DNA of 64,000 nucleotides from Lingula anatina (lineage: Eukaryota > Animalia > Brachiopoda), in NCBI GenBank assembly GCA_051362555.1, contig CM120645.1, positions 1,178,001 through 1,242,000 on the forward strand, in the 5' to 3' direction. Position numbers and translations under genes: made by a program. A model generated the notes under the pieces. It was not told the origin of the DNA. It saw nothing but the letters and a program-made list of their open reading frames with translations, and made no database searches. Below are positions 23,426-37,100 of this stretch, piece after piece; the stretch's first letter is position 1, and every line of letters begins with the position of its first letter.

Positions 23426-26400
23426 CAACTTTGCCCTTCTTATCAAGAAAGTAAGAAGTCCATAAGCACTTTGAGTGAACTTTCCACACTATATTAGTGC
23501 AGTTATTCTTTTTTTATCCCCAAACAAAAACATGTTTGATGGAACTTTATTAGGATTTTGATCTGATTTTACACAATCAATGTAGGGGAAATGTACTATT
23601 TATGGGAAATTAGTAAATGTTTGTCCAGGGTTTCCTGTTTTTGCTCTGCAGCTTGTTTTGTTACTTATTTTGCAGGTTTTTTATTTTCAAATGATACAAT
23701 GGTCATGTTTTCAATATTTGTATTTATAAAATATTTCTATTGTTTTTTTTTTTTTATAAAAGATGCCTTTGTTCGGAACATTAAATTGATGATAGAATGG
23801 TCATATTTATTGATCATATAATTTTGTATTCATAATGTTTTTCTTTTGTTTTTTATGTATAAGATGTTTGTGTTCACAACATTAAATTGCTTATCATTCT
23901 ACTGCATTGTATGGTTATTGTTTTAGACAAATGGTGGATGTAAAATTCTCTCAAAATGCCGAGTCATTTTCTGTATACAGCAGGTCAGAAGTCAACACTG
24001 GAGTTTTTTGTTACCATTTTTTTCTACTAAGGTTCATTAATGAGATAGCGCTGGCATGCTTTAAGTACTTAAGGCTTGTGGAGAATTTGTTCATTGTGTT
24101 GTCATTGTTGTTCATTGTCCTTGTAAGGTCGCTTGTGTATCATGCTTGCAACACTCAAGGGCGGATTGACGCTGTCTTCTGGGTCTTCACGGAGAAGGAG
24201 GTCAGATATTTCAGGATTACGTTGATGGGTATCTTATTTTTTTCTGTCGGAAGATGGTCAAAAATTGAGGATGTATCTATAGTACAAAGATGATTTGAAG
24301 GCTGTCAGAAAATATCTCTTGATCTGCCCCAAACACTCTTATACCACCTGGCATGTCTTTATGCCATTAAGGTCATTTATGCCCAACTTGAAATCTTAAT
24401 GACACAAAAACGGGCAAGTCTTGCTATAGTTATAAGGTTTGTTTGATGTACCGAGTCTTTAACTTGACTTGGACCAAATGGTGATACCATTTGAAATTTG
24501 AGGATTGTTTCATGGGACTCATTCTATGACCCGTTTTTTCGTAAGAGGTTCAACTTAAAGCAGGTGAAAACAGATCCTGAAAACTGGTTTAAATTAGAAC
24601 TGCTGTTAACACCACCATGGTTTTGTCATTCCACTTTTTGTTGCAGAACTTCCAATAATGTTTTAGCTATATATATATATACTTATAAATACATTTACAT
24701 GTACATAAGGTATGTTTATTTGAGTACATATCCAGGGCAGGCCATATTATATCCAGGGTCTTGTTTGCCAGTTGAGTACTTTTGTGCCTCGGCCCTGACT
24801 AGATTATTTAGAGCAGGTTGTTTGTTTGTTTATTGCTGTTCGCTGATGCATGCCTGTACGATGGCTGCAGATGCAAGGTCAGGGCGCGACCAGGTTTTAG
24901 TCTAAAAAGAATATTCTGGTGTCAGATTTTGATGGAAGAGGTTTTTTTAATGTCTCTTGTGTAATGATGGTTAAAATAAAGTAAATTATTTCTGGGAAGA
25001 CTAAATCTGTTTTCTTCTTGTGTGGCATGTCATGTAGACCCTTAAATCCATTGGGCCTTGAGCACTATTCTTGTTTTGCTTGGTATTTTTCACCTGGTGA
25101 TTTTCCTTGAGCAGTCCATGGGTTTTTTATACTGTAGCAATATTCCAGTCTTGTAGAAAGCTGTGAGGTTCCATTTGTAATGTGTAGAAAATATATGACA
25201 TGATTATAGCACATCATCGCTTTGATCAGCATACCAGTAGGCTAGCTATTGATTACAAAATCTAAGATTCTCTCTCTGTTTATACATACAATATCATGTA
25301 TTTATATTTTCTCAGGTGGAGATTGTTGATTGTAACTTAGGGATGTGCTACCCCTACATATTCTTCTCTACCATCACTATGAATCAGGGATGGACAACAC
25401 ATGTTGGCTAGGCCCTTTTCACATGGAAGTTGGAACAGTATAGCTAACTGGACCAGTCCACCTTTTGAGAGATTAACAACTTAATAGCCAGACTGTTATG
25501 TAACAGAATCCCCTAACTCCCCCTTTCTCCCCCCCTCCCCCCCATGTATGCCTTCAACACGTCTGTTGAGTTTATTTTTGCATTATTTTTTGTTTAATAT
25601 TTTTGTTTAATATTTTTATTTGTTTTATTTCTTTATTCATTCATTTTTGCATTTTAGTCAGACAGAGCATGTGTATTTTGACATGCATTCCCAAGTGATT
25701 TCCTTCCCCCAGTCATTATACAGCTTCTCTCATTCTTATCTCCTCTCCGTGACAAATATAGTTTACTTAAGTACACATCATGTTATGAGATAGGGGTTAC
25801 ATTATCATATGCATCACCATCATTTTTCTGTAAATACTGAATTGGTGACTTTGTGGAGATGTGTCAGATAGGGGCCTTATACAGGGCATAGTTTATTGAT
25901 AAGTGCAAACTTTTTTTTCAGTTGTAAAGGAATAAATGGATATTGGGTTATCATTAATTGTTTTGGTATGTGGTAGTGATGACATGTTTTCAATGGGGAA
26001 TATTTCCAATCTTCTTGTAATGCATAATTTTGAAGGAATCATTAAAAATATATTTCTGACAGTGTATGATATTTGAGGAGTATATAGAGTGCAGTAAGGT
26101 AGAGTGCAGCATTTAGAGTACAGTAAGGTAGCCTGCTTTTATATTTTGATGCTTCCTCACAAAAGGAATTTTCTAATTATAACAATTCATGAATTTAAAA
26201 AGTACGTCAGTATATGTAAAATTCACAATGTCCCCAGAAAAGATTGAGTTATTATTGTGTACTGGTAGCAGTTTTTTGATGTGGCTCAAAGTTGATAAAT
26301 AATAAATAACTGTCGAGACCCTGAGGCAAAATTTCTAAGCTCCGTTTAGATCACCTGGACATCTGAGGTCACTTGAGGACACTGAACTCGCCAGAAATTA

Positions 26401-27253
26401 AGTTATTGTAGTACACTCGGCTAGCGAGTCTGATTCTACAGTAAATAATGGAGAGGTGGAGTGGATTTTAGAAATTATCGCTTTTGATAGAGATCAGATT
26501 TTTTGAAGGAGAAAAAAAAAATGCAAAACCAAGGAGACTGGATGATTTCCTGGTAGAAGAAGGTATAGAATGCACTGAGGAAGGGGGGATATGACTGCTT
26601 GTTTTTTTCGGAGATTCTTAATGGCTACTTGGTCATCATGTCACCATGCTTGTTTACAACCTCTATACAGTTCAGCACCTGCGACTCAGGTGGAACGCTG
26701 CTGAGCTGGCAACTCTGGTACTGTGACATCAGTGAAATGTTGTAGAACCTGTTTTTCTTATAGGAGTAGACATATTGAGGTGATTTCCATGATAAACTGA
26801 AGGACTTTGGGCCAGTATGGATCAATCAAGCTGAACAGTTCTAGGTAAAGGTCTTCTGAAATGTTACTTCAACTGCACTTAATACACTTGATACACTATA
26901 ATGAAGACAAGTAGTTGTTTATGAATGATGCTATAATGTAGATGTCACATGGGGATGTCACGGCAGCCAGTATCTAATCCTAGTGATGATTCAATTTGTG
27001 ACAGTCAAAAGTGGTTCAGTCAGGTAAAAATAGAGGAAAGATGGAGGTATTGTGAATGTGATGTGAAAAAATTACTCAGATTTATCTGAAAGTGATCATA
27101 AATTGGTCTTGATGATTTGATCAGTTTATTGATTATTCAGATATGAAAAGCATTCAAGTAGTTGAAGTTTATTTCTGTAATCAATAATTTACTCATTTAA
27201 CTTTTGATGTACTTATCACAAAATTTTTGTTTGTAGTATTTTTGTCTAATTTC

Positions 27254-27271
27254 ATTAATTAATTAATTAAT

Positions 27272-27322
<51 letters not shown>

Positions 27323-27387
27323 CATATATTTTCAGTTCACCCACATATTTATGGGCTCTAGAAAACAGACACAGGTTGCTAAATAAT

Positions 27388-27442
<55 letters not shown>

Positions 27443-27450
27443 GGGGGGGG
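27254..27450. repeat. (ATTT)n microsatellite followed by a poly-T of about 50 nt and a G run
   Basis: Read directly. Confidence 0.85.
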
Positions 27451-28595
27451 GTAATCTTGAGACAAATAGCAATGGAAATTCAGTCTTTACCAAATTTCCT
27501 TTTAAGAGGATAGATGTGTCCTTTATGTGTATGATATGGCCATTATTTCGTGTTGTAGCTTTTATCTTGATATGTTTACTAAAAAACGACTGCAGAGGAT
27601 TTACATGAAAAAGGTAGAAAGTTATATGAGGTGAACTTCTAGTGCTGTTCTTCACTTTATGTTTATGATCTATGGTTTTGTGCCATTTATATTCAACTTG
27701 GATGACTCTGTCCTTGTAGAATGTGACAACATACGGAGGGTAAATAGATGCTGTGTCGTTGTGGGGCTTACCCTTTCACAAAACAACGCATGTTTTCTTC
27801 GGCTTCAGTTAGACCACTAAACTCCAGTTGGGGCAAGTTGACGTAGTAGTATTGGTTAAAGTGCGCATCATTGACACTTATTGTGTAATACATGCAGCAG
27901 GAACATTATAATAGCATTAAGTCACCAATACGATTAAAAAGTGGCAAGACTATCGTAGATTAAGGTTTAGGTGCTAAATGGAAAGGGATAAAAACAAGGT
28001 TAGTGGCATCTGGCTTCTTTTTTGAAATGCAACTTAGTTGTCTACAGTTTTGAGCAGTCTTATTTTTCGACTAATTTTTCGACTTAGGTTCTTTTGTAAA
28101 GCATTGATTAGCAGTTATTAGAAGGCTGTGTTTTAAACTCCTCCAGTGCTGGGCATACCAAACTTACAGACGTGTTGGACTACACATATATTTACAATTT
28201 GAAAGTTATCTTTAAGAACACTTTCTGAATTCCATTGATACAGTGTTTTTGTGAGATTTTAGATTTAATTTTCAAACCCAGGTTGAGTGTTTGATGACAA
28301 ATTATTTGTCTGAAATGATGTTACATTTTAATGATCCTTCAAAAGTTGTTTTTATTTGTTTTGCTCATTTTTTAGTTAGGTGTTCAACTCTATTTTATTG
28401 ATATACACATGTTTGCTGCAGGCTTTTTTTTAATGAATATCTTTCAAAATTGTATTAGTTTTTTACTGTAGAAGCTGACGAGAAACTCCAACAGAGGACC
28501 TGATAGCATCGTTAAGTTCCTTGTTTTGTTAGATATTTATCATGATGATATAAAGATAAATAACTAGGGTTCTAAAGTTCGTGATTTCTTTCTAG

Positions 28596-28760
28596 GACAA
28601 TGGCATGGAGGGGGGCGCCACAGATCAAGACGTTGCAATGAATCTCTCCACGTCCAAAGAACAGCAAATACAACACCGTCAACATCAACAGCAGCAGCAG
28701 CAACAACAACGTATGACAACCAATGGGAATGTTGAACACGAAAATGGAGATGTTTCCCAT
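28596..28760 (+). CDS. FoxP: FoxP N-terminal exon with polyQ
   Basis: ttctag|GAC ... CAT|gtaaga, 165 nt, phase 0/0. Translates DNGMEGGATDQDVAMNLSTSKEQQIQHRQHQQQQQQQQRMTTNGNVEHENGDVSH; AMNLST resembles the AINLST motif recalled from invertebrate FoxP N-termini. Confidence 0.8.
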
Positions 28761-29267
28761 GTAAGATAAGATTTTGATTGCATGATTTTGTTTATGATAT
28801 CATTATGTTGGTTAATAGTATAAAAAAGCAGTGAAAGAAAAAATGAAAAACTAAATACTTTTCTAATTACATGTTTGCAATTGTTTATTTGTTATTGTGC
28901 AAGATGTAATGTAAGATGAGAGAGAGAAAATGGAAAGCACTAGAATTGTTTTTCAACACTATATATTTTATTCCGTCATCAAGCACTTGCGTGTCTCACC
29001 TTTTCCAGTTTGCGGTGAGTGTCGCGTTCACTCTGAACAGTGTGATATATGCCCTGTCCTAACCCGTCACACTTTATCTCACCTGTCTGGTCATACCTCC
29101 GTGTGGGGAGGCATCTTAATTGCACAAGTACACATGTTAACTGAACAAAAACGGGTCGCGCACGTGACGTGATAGTTTTATAAATATCCAATCACATTGC
29201 TAAGAGCTAACCTGCACATTGCATGTCAGCACAGGCTTAAAAGAACTAAGACAAAGAGAGCACATGA

Positions 29268-29270
<3 letters not shown>

Positions 29271-29343
<73 letters not shown>
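29271..29343. repeat. (TA)n microsatellite
   Basis: Read directly. Confidence 0.97.
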
Positions 29344-29347
<4 letters not shown>

Positions 29348-30561
29348 CCTAACTGAGAACAGGAAGAACACCTGAGAAATTGACTACGAGCAAAAAAGAA
29401 CAAAAAGGGTGTTGAAAGGTTTCCCTTTATATCAGGGAGGCACTGGTGTACAAATGGTTTCCTTGGTGTTCGTGATAATAACGTGAGGTTGATACACTTT
29501 AGGTTCCCGCCTTATTATTACCTCAGCCCTGTTATTATGTTATCTCTCTCCCCCCTATCATCCCACCAGGAACATAATTATAAAACCTTGTTGTCCTGTC
29601 TAACTGAGATAAGGGGAAGATTTGTGACAACTACAATTATAATTGCACCCATTTCATTACGGGTCTATTTTTGAATTGCTGAGTGCATATCCTTCATGTG
29701 TACCAGGTACTATAATTAGGTTAATTAAATAGACATGGGTGAATGTTGGCAGACTAACACCTGATTTCAGGATTTTCAGTTTATATATTTTTTTTTCATA
29801 TATACAGTCTAAATGCGATGAAAAATTGCTAGCTTTGTTTTAAGGTTTTACAGTTTTTACTATCACACATGAGTATGATGTTCATGTTTCCCGTTTAACT
29901 TTGCATTTAATGTCCAAAAGTATTATTTGTAACTTTTGTTTGAAGAACATATGTAGTGTAATTGTATGTGAAAATACATGATTTATATGATAAAACAGGC
30001 TAATTAATACATGTAAGTTTTTTGACACACATGAAAGGACAAATGTCTCAAGATAATTTAAAGAAAAGAATAGAACCAATTACATGATCTAAGACTAAAA
30101 AAAAATAAGTGCAATTGAGATGAAATAACAAGAACTAAATGAACTAAAAACAATTATTTATATTTATATTTATTATAACCAAATAAAACTATTTTAAACT
30201 CTTGAATTACATAAATAACAAAAAGCAAACCAATCAAGTCAGTATTTACAGTGCCTGAAAGTACATGATACACGTGAAAGGGTGAATGTGCCACGAAATG
30301 AGGCAGGGCGTGTTTTATACCTAAACAAAGACACACGAACACAAACGAAAAGACACGAACACACTACACTAACACAATCACACCTCACACATAAATATGT
30401 TACATATATAAAGATGAAGTTATTAGGTTTGACTGTAGATGTCAGAGCAGTGTGGAGCACTATGTTGTGTTAATTAAAAGATCCACCAACAACCACTGTA
30501 CAGTAAAGTTATGTGTAGTAATCTTAAAATGCTAAAAGGAACGTTTACACTCTATATCCAG

Positions 30562-30801
30562 GATCTCAGCTCGCTGAAGATGAACGGCACCAAGCGTCCC
30601 AGTAGCACACAGCGATCCAAGTCAGATCTTTCTCCTCAGCAGGTGTCTGGGGATCTCAGCCAACAGAATGCACTGATGTTGATGTCGTCGTCGCAGGGAC
30701 TGTCTCCGCAGCAGTTACAGCAGTTATTACAGCAGCAGCAGCAGTTATTGTCGGGTCCACAGCAAGTACAGATGATGCAACAGCAGATACTACAGCAGCA
30801 G
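30562..30801 (+). CDS. FoxP: FoxP Q-rich exon
   Basis: atccag|GAT ... CAG|gtaggt, 240 nt. Translates DLSSLKMNGTKRP...GLSPQQLQQLLQQQQQ...QQQILQQQ; LSPQQLQ is typical of FoxP. Confidence 0.88.
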
Positions 30802-32448
30802 GTAGGTTTGAGGAGGTTATTACATATGTTTATTGTTTTTTTTTCTTTCTATGCCCCAAAAAAAGTAGAGGTTAAGCTGCAGTTGAGTTTTTAAAGGGGC
30901 AGCTTGTACGTCTGGACCGTCCTCCCCCCCCCTCTTTTTTTGTCATCAGGCCCTGAAGACCTCATATTACAAGAATATTATGCAGAAGCTGTGGCTTTTT
31001 TCATTTCAATCAACACTTCTCTTTACTTTTTCATGCCCTTTTTTCAAAATATATGTCAGGAATTAATTAAGTACTCCTTACAATTCTTGATCCAACTATT
31101 TTTGAGCTCAGGTCCATCTGAATGCTATATTTAGCACTTCTTTAATTCATTTGATTTATAAGGAAACATATATCATTGACACATGGTCTGCTGTTATTCC
31201 CCACTGTTTCTCCCCTAAATTCCAGACCACTGTTTTCCTGTGTGTTCTGATCTGGTTTTGCCTTTTACCAGGGAAAAAAAAGTAGTTGCCATAGCAACCA
31301 ATGCGGTTTGTTTGTTCAGTGCCCATTATAGGTTTTCTGTCCTAAATGCCTCGCAAAGTTGCCATTATAAGAGCCGCATATCTCACAACAGGACGAGAGT
31401 GATCTTGCACTCGAGATTTACATTTGAAATACCTTAAACATCTTTTTATAAGGCTTTGCTTTCATGTCACCTGACATTTGTGATCGTAAAGAAAGTGTCC
31501 CTGCTAGATTGTTGAACGTCATATTCAAATTGTATATCAATAACTCATGCAGAAGAAAGAACAACAGGGAAATATGATTCTTATCAGCTTGAACAAAAGC
31601 AAACCTGTTTTGCTTGTTTAAAGGTTGTGTGAGTTTTATATTTTGATATATGAGTGATATTTTTTACCAAAAGGACAGTAGAAAAAAACATCAGTAAAAG
31701 GCAGAGGAATAGTGTGAGTAGTTCAGCACAGTGTGCGGTTTCAAGTGCTGAAGGATGGACACAAGTGCCATTTGATTAGAACGTCTAAACATAGGAGGCC
31801 ATTCTAATCACCCTCTATTCCACTCATCATCTAAAATTACCCTTTAGTTTTTAAAAGATGTTTTCAGAGACCCAGGTTTGGTTTTGTAATTGTTGGTCTC
31901 TGATAGTTTCGTAAGTACAGGGATGGCATACAAATATAAATTTATATGTTATTACTTCGCATTTCAAAGCACACGTGTTGGCCTTGAAGGGCTTGTTGGT
32001 TTTATTTCAACGTCATCACCTGGATACAACCAGATTAGAAACCACAGGGCTACTCTAGAGCTTTGTGTCCGTCATGAGATTGGGAAGATCTTCAATTTCC
32101 TCATGAGTGTTTTCTTCTTTTTCCACAAGTCTATATAACTGATTGCATAGTTAGTCCAGGCGGTTTATCTCCCTTCTGAATCGGTGATAGTACCGCCAGT
32201 GCACAATTTCTCAGCTAGACATACTGCAGTGTTGTGACTTCAGACTACGTAGGAGAGTATGCGATTATGTTTTTTTTTTTTTTTTAAATTCAGATGCACC
32301 ATGTTTTTCTGTGACCTGAGTGGGATGAAATGTTGCTTCATCTGAACTGAAAATATAGATATCAACTGGGTCTCTTTGGAAGGCCATTCTCCCTGAAACT
32401 TTGTTAGGACAAAATGTGTAGTTTCAGTTTTTTACTTGTTTTTTTAAT

Positions 32449-32452
<4 letters not shown>

Positions 32453-32491
<39 letters not shown>

Positions 32492-32513
32492 TGTGTGCGG
32501 GCGCGTGTGTGTG
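32453..32513. repeat. Interrupted (GT)n microsatellite
   Basis: Read directly. Confidence 0.9.
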
Positions 32514-32660
32514 TAACTGTACCAGTCTTCCTAAGGTTTCAGATAGGTTGTAAATTCCACAAAATCTTGTCAGTAGTTAACACACCACCTCCAGTTGGGG
32601 GTCCTTATTTCTTACTAGCCTCTCTTCACACTGCTGATAACGTATCCCATCCATTTTCAG

Positions 32661-32925
32661 CAAAGCCACAAATTCCACGAACAAGTTCTCCAGCAGCTCA
32701 ACGAGCAGCTCCAGTTCAACATCCTCCAGCAGTCGCAGCTTGTCCAGCAGCAAGCCAGCGCCCAGGGGGAGAAAAAGCCACAGAATCTAAAACAAATCCA
32801 GTCACAGCTCCAGCAGTTGGCAGTCCAGCAGCAGCAGCTCATCCAGCAGATCCAGATGCAACAAAGACAGTATTTACTGGCACAGGGCATTGGGCTGCCG
32901 CTACATCAGTTTGGAGTGCATCCAG
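32661..32925 (+). CDS. FoxP: FoxP Q-rich exon
   Basis: tttcag|CAA ... CCA G|gtaagg, 265 nt. Translates QSHKFHEQVLQQLNEQLQFNILQQSQ...QLQQLAVQQQQLIQQIQMQQRQYLLAQGIGLPLHQFGVHP, in a frame different from the track ORF. Confidence 0.88.
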
Positions 32926-32935
32926 GTAAGGCTGC

Positions 32936-33240
32936 AGTGTGTGAGGTCACAGAGTGTGTGATGTCATATGTGATGTCACAGAGTGTGTGATGTCATGTGA
33001 TGTCACAGAGTGTGTGATGTCATATGTGATGTCACAGGGTGGTTGATGTCATGTGAAGTCACAGGGTTTGTGTTGTCACTTGATCTATTATGGGGTATGT
33101 GTTATCAAACATGTGATGTCTAGGATTTGTGCTGTCACGTGTGTGATGTCACAGGTTCAGTGATGTCACAATATATGTGATGTCACAGGTTCAGTGATGT
33201 CACAATGTGTGTGATGCCACAGGTTTAGTGATGTCACAGA
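32936..33240. repeat. Degenerate tandem repeat built on GTGATGTCAC
   Basis: Many TGTGATGTCA(CA) motifs with irregular spacing, starting 10 nt after the exon donor. Confidence 0.8.
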
Positions 33241-34017
33241 CAATCATTAAAAGTGTAGGCTCCGTGCATATGTCTAGTATATTACTTGATTGGATCTGAA
33301 GTTGGCGATAAAATGGCACTTTATTTGCGCTGAATAGAATCCATGTTGTGATTCTGAAAGATAAATGACGTTATGTATCAAATCTTAGTGGCCATGTCCA
33401 GTTACTCTTTGATTCTAAGCCACATGATGCCATGGGTTTTGTTTTTTTTTTTGTTTTTTTTTTTCATGAATATTAATCTTCACTTTGGTTTGTAAATACT
33501 GGCTTTATGGTAAAACTCAGAGAGTGCAATCAGTGAGCTTTCCCCGTCACTTTATTTTGTAATCGGCCACATATGCAGACATAATGGTTGCCGAGGCAAC
33601 TTCAAACGCCCAATTCTGGAAATCATCAACAGAAGCTTTACCAAGTTCATAGTGTGATGATATTTGTTGTTACGAGACAAATGTTTTGGTTAAGTGCACG
33701 AGGAAGAAAGATAGCTGGTGGTATGTGGATTACATGGCTTCCCTTCCCTTCCCACCCTCTAGTGACGTATGGCCGTGCATTCTGTTGTAATCGTGGAATA
33801 TTGGAGTCGGGCGATTGTCACTTGTAAGGTTTATTGTGGCAAATATTGTCAATGTATGACTTCATAACACAATAGTTTTTATTGGATGACCCAGTCTTGA
33901 GTAGGCTGTGTTATTTGTTGGGTACAAAGTTGTAATTTTTTTTTTTTTTTTTTTTTTTTTTTTGTTATTAATTGGTTGAGAAGCCTGCAAGGTTTTAGGT
34001 TTTTCCTTTTATTTGTT

Positions 34018-34170
34018 TTTTACCTGTGCCAAATGAGGAATTGTTTTCATAACGGTTTGTTTGTCTGTTAGCAGTTTTGCGCAAAAACCAATGAACAGAT
34101 TTTGATGAAACTTTCTTGATAAGTCACAAATGGACCAGTGAAGAAATATTTAGACTTTGGTGATTATCCA
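34018..34170 (+). mobile_element. Decayed 5' part of a Helentron-associated (HINE/DINE-like) element
   Basis: TACCTGTGCCAAATGAGG...GTTTGTTTGTCTGTTAGCAG...GCAAAAAC...GATTTTGATGAAACTT resembles the recalled 5' layout of non-autonomous Helentrons (subTIR, GTYT microsatellite, GATTTTGATGAAACTT core). Confidence 0.45.
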
Positions 34171-37100
34171 TTAATTAATTATTAATAGTCAGCATGACCT
34201 GCTTTGTTTCACACCATACCATCAGATCAGATGTTGTGATATAATTTTTTACAAGATGTTTGTACAATTCGTTAAAAAACACTTCTTGTTTTGTACCTAG
34301 TGCATCTCATCTTTCTTGGATTATTTATTCATTTATGCAATAATTCACCTATCAGTACTAGTAATTTAATTGCTCTTTATTTTTGGTGCTGCAGATTAGT
34401 ATGACATTTACTTTCTGTGGCTCTTATCTCAGCTTCAGATTGTTTTTTATATTCTTGAGTTACATATTCAATACACAATTATTTAAGGTGAGATATTTAT
34501 ATCTTCTGTTCTGTTGAGAATGTAATTTCAGAGTTCTGACCTCAAAGATTTCATCTGTTATTGCTGAGAGAAAAGAGAAATTGAAACTTTGAAAACATCA
34601 GTCCTGTTTAGTCTATCTCTGGCTTGCTTAGATGTGAAACAGTTCTTGTTTATAGGTCCAATTTTCTGGTGTTGTTGTTTTCAAACCTTCATGTGAACCA
34701 AGATCCAATTTATTTGTTCCATCATATATGTAAACTGGTTTGGGTTCATAACCTATACTCTGTATAGTCTGATAACTGTGAATTTAAAGAGTGCAAAACA
34801 ATCAACCGATGTATTTAAATTTTAATTCAGTATAGGGTGGTTTTCAGTTTATGATGATTGTACTTTAAAAGCACACATAATCAATTTTGAAAGATGATGA
34901 AAGGTTAAGTTTTTTTTTTTTTTAATTTTGAAAAAAGGGGTTCAAATGAATGGGCTTATATTTATTAATTGTTATAAAATATTCAAATTTTATGCTAAAA
35001 AATCTGCTTTTGTTTAGGGGAAGATACAGAACTTTGCAGTATATGTTATAAATAGCATTCCTTTTCTCCTTGCGTGCTAGTAAAAGAATACTTTTATTAT
35101 GAATTAGAAAAGAGAATGGCATATTTCATCAAACCAAATGGTGACATAATGCATTGAATGTAAACCGCAAGTGGAACTTTTTTTTCTTACTTTGTCCTCA
35201 GTGACATGGGATGTGCTAATTTACTAGTGAAGGTGTTATATCAGAGAAATTGGGTGGTATCAAAGTATCCTCAAGAAAACGGCCCAATTTCTTCTACTGA
35301 CAAATCACAGCTCAACCCATCCCTGTACTTTGATTGGATGTTTTATATCGTTTCTAATTAAATAATTTAACGCCAGATATATGGCCAGACATTGACACCA
35401 CCATGTTTTCTCCTGCATTTTATGAGAAAATATCATCATTAGGTTCTATTACACTTTGTCATTTTAAGGCCTGAATTTGGAAAGATTATTTGATTTGCTA
35501 GATATGTAAAGATTGTGGGACATTTTTAAATGCATAAAGCGTACCTGTGTTTACTGCTTAAATTTTGTGATGACTTAATTTAAAGAAATACATTTTCTAT
35601 GTCAGACAGCATGTAGGCATATGTCATCTTGCATGTTATCAGTTTTTGATGACTTTTTTAAATCTTTTTTTTTAATGTCTAGACTCTTTTATGTAAATAA
35701 AACAAAGAAGCTTTTGATTTATTTAGTATTTTAAAGATGAGGCCAGGATCTTTCTATAGAACTCTCATTTCTGCCCTTTTTGCCCAGTTCTTACACATTG
35801 AGGCATGGCTTAAGAGTTTAATCCAACTTTCTCAAATGGATACCTCCTTTGTTGTCTTTTGTCTTGACTTGCTAAGAACTCTTTCAGTTGAAAATGTGAT
35901 GTTGAGAATAATACAGTGAGTGTTTTCTGGTATAACAGTTATTAATTTTACTATCATGTTACTTTTGCTACGTTTGATTTTAGTTTCCTTTGGGCCCTAA
36001 CAGACCTAAGTAGCATACCCTTTTTTGTTGTCAAGAATCCTGCATTCAGATTTTTGATTTCACATCTCAAGACGATTGAAACAAACAGAATGATGGTTTT
36101 CTCTTTGATTTCACCTGGTAATTTAATCCCTGCATGATCTCTGTCGTGTGTAAATATCGTCCGTGTGCTCAGGTCCACACAACACAAAAACCTTTTCGTG
36201 TGATGAAGTGACGGCATGTGTGAGCACATGTAGTCATCCATTATAGAGTGAAAATCAATTCTAAGTTTGACACAACACTTCGGGACATCAATGAAGCAAA
36301 GGGAAAGCTTCTGAAAGGGTGGCGGAAGTTGGTTGGGTTATTTTAGGCGATGTCTTTGAGGGGCCGGGGCGGGTACCGGGCTGCCTGCTGGGGGTGAAGT
36401 TGACGGGGGAATGCCGAGTGTATTGTTTGTGGCATGAACTAAACAACAAGAACATAAATATTATATTATAGATTTCGTCGTAACAGAGTTTTAATATTAT
36501 GAATGACTGCTGTTTGTTTGGTGTTTTACTTGTTTTGACTCAGTGGTGAGATTCGAATAGTATGCTTGAATGAGTAGCGATTATTAACAACCAACTGAAG
36601 GTTCTTAAAAAAGAAAATCATTTATGTAGAGGTTTATTGCCTCAGTTATTTTTCATTTTTTGTAGTGCTAAACCATTTGCATTAGGATATGCAACTCACT
36701 CTAGACTTGCTTGTTTGACGATATACATAATATTTTTTTAAAGCCTTCTTGTGAAGCATGGTAGCATGTTACTGAAATGTTAATCTTTTTTCTTCAAAAC
36801 CTTCTGTCATTAACATGCAGGGATTGATAGTGTGTTGAAATTTTTTTTTTCTGAAAGAGTATCAGTCACTTTTTAATTTTTTTCTGCTATTTTCCCCTTT
36901 TTTTCATCAATGAGAAATACTTTTTTTCTTTTCAAATCCCTTTGCTATTTGTTCCTACATGTCACTGATTGTGTAAGTTGTTTACACGTAATTCAATAGT
37001 TACACCGTTTGTAAAATGTCAATGTTGCTGGTATAAAGTGACACTGCCATAGTTGTACATATCAAAATGCACCCTTCCAAAAGGTATGCCAAGCAGAAAT

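Noticed and set aside
21878-25299. 19-mer TATACATACAATATCATGT present at about 21878 and 25281
   Set aside because: Too short and AT-rich to interpret; probably a decayed dispersed repeat.
32414-32929. 171-aa ORF
   Set aside because: Wrong frame; the real exon is the Q-rich frame starting at 32661, and the ORF's N-terminus is a GT microsatellite.
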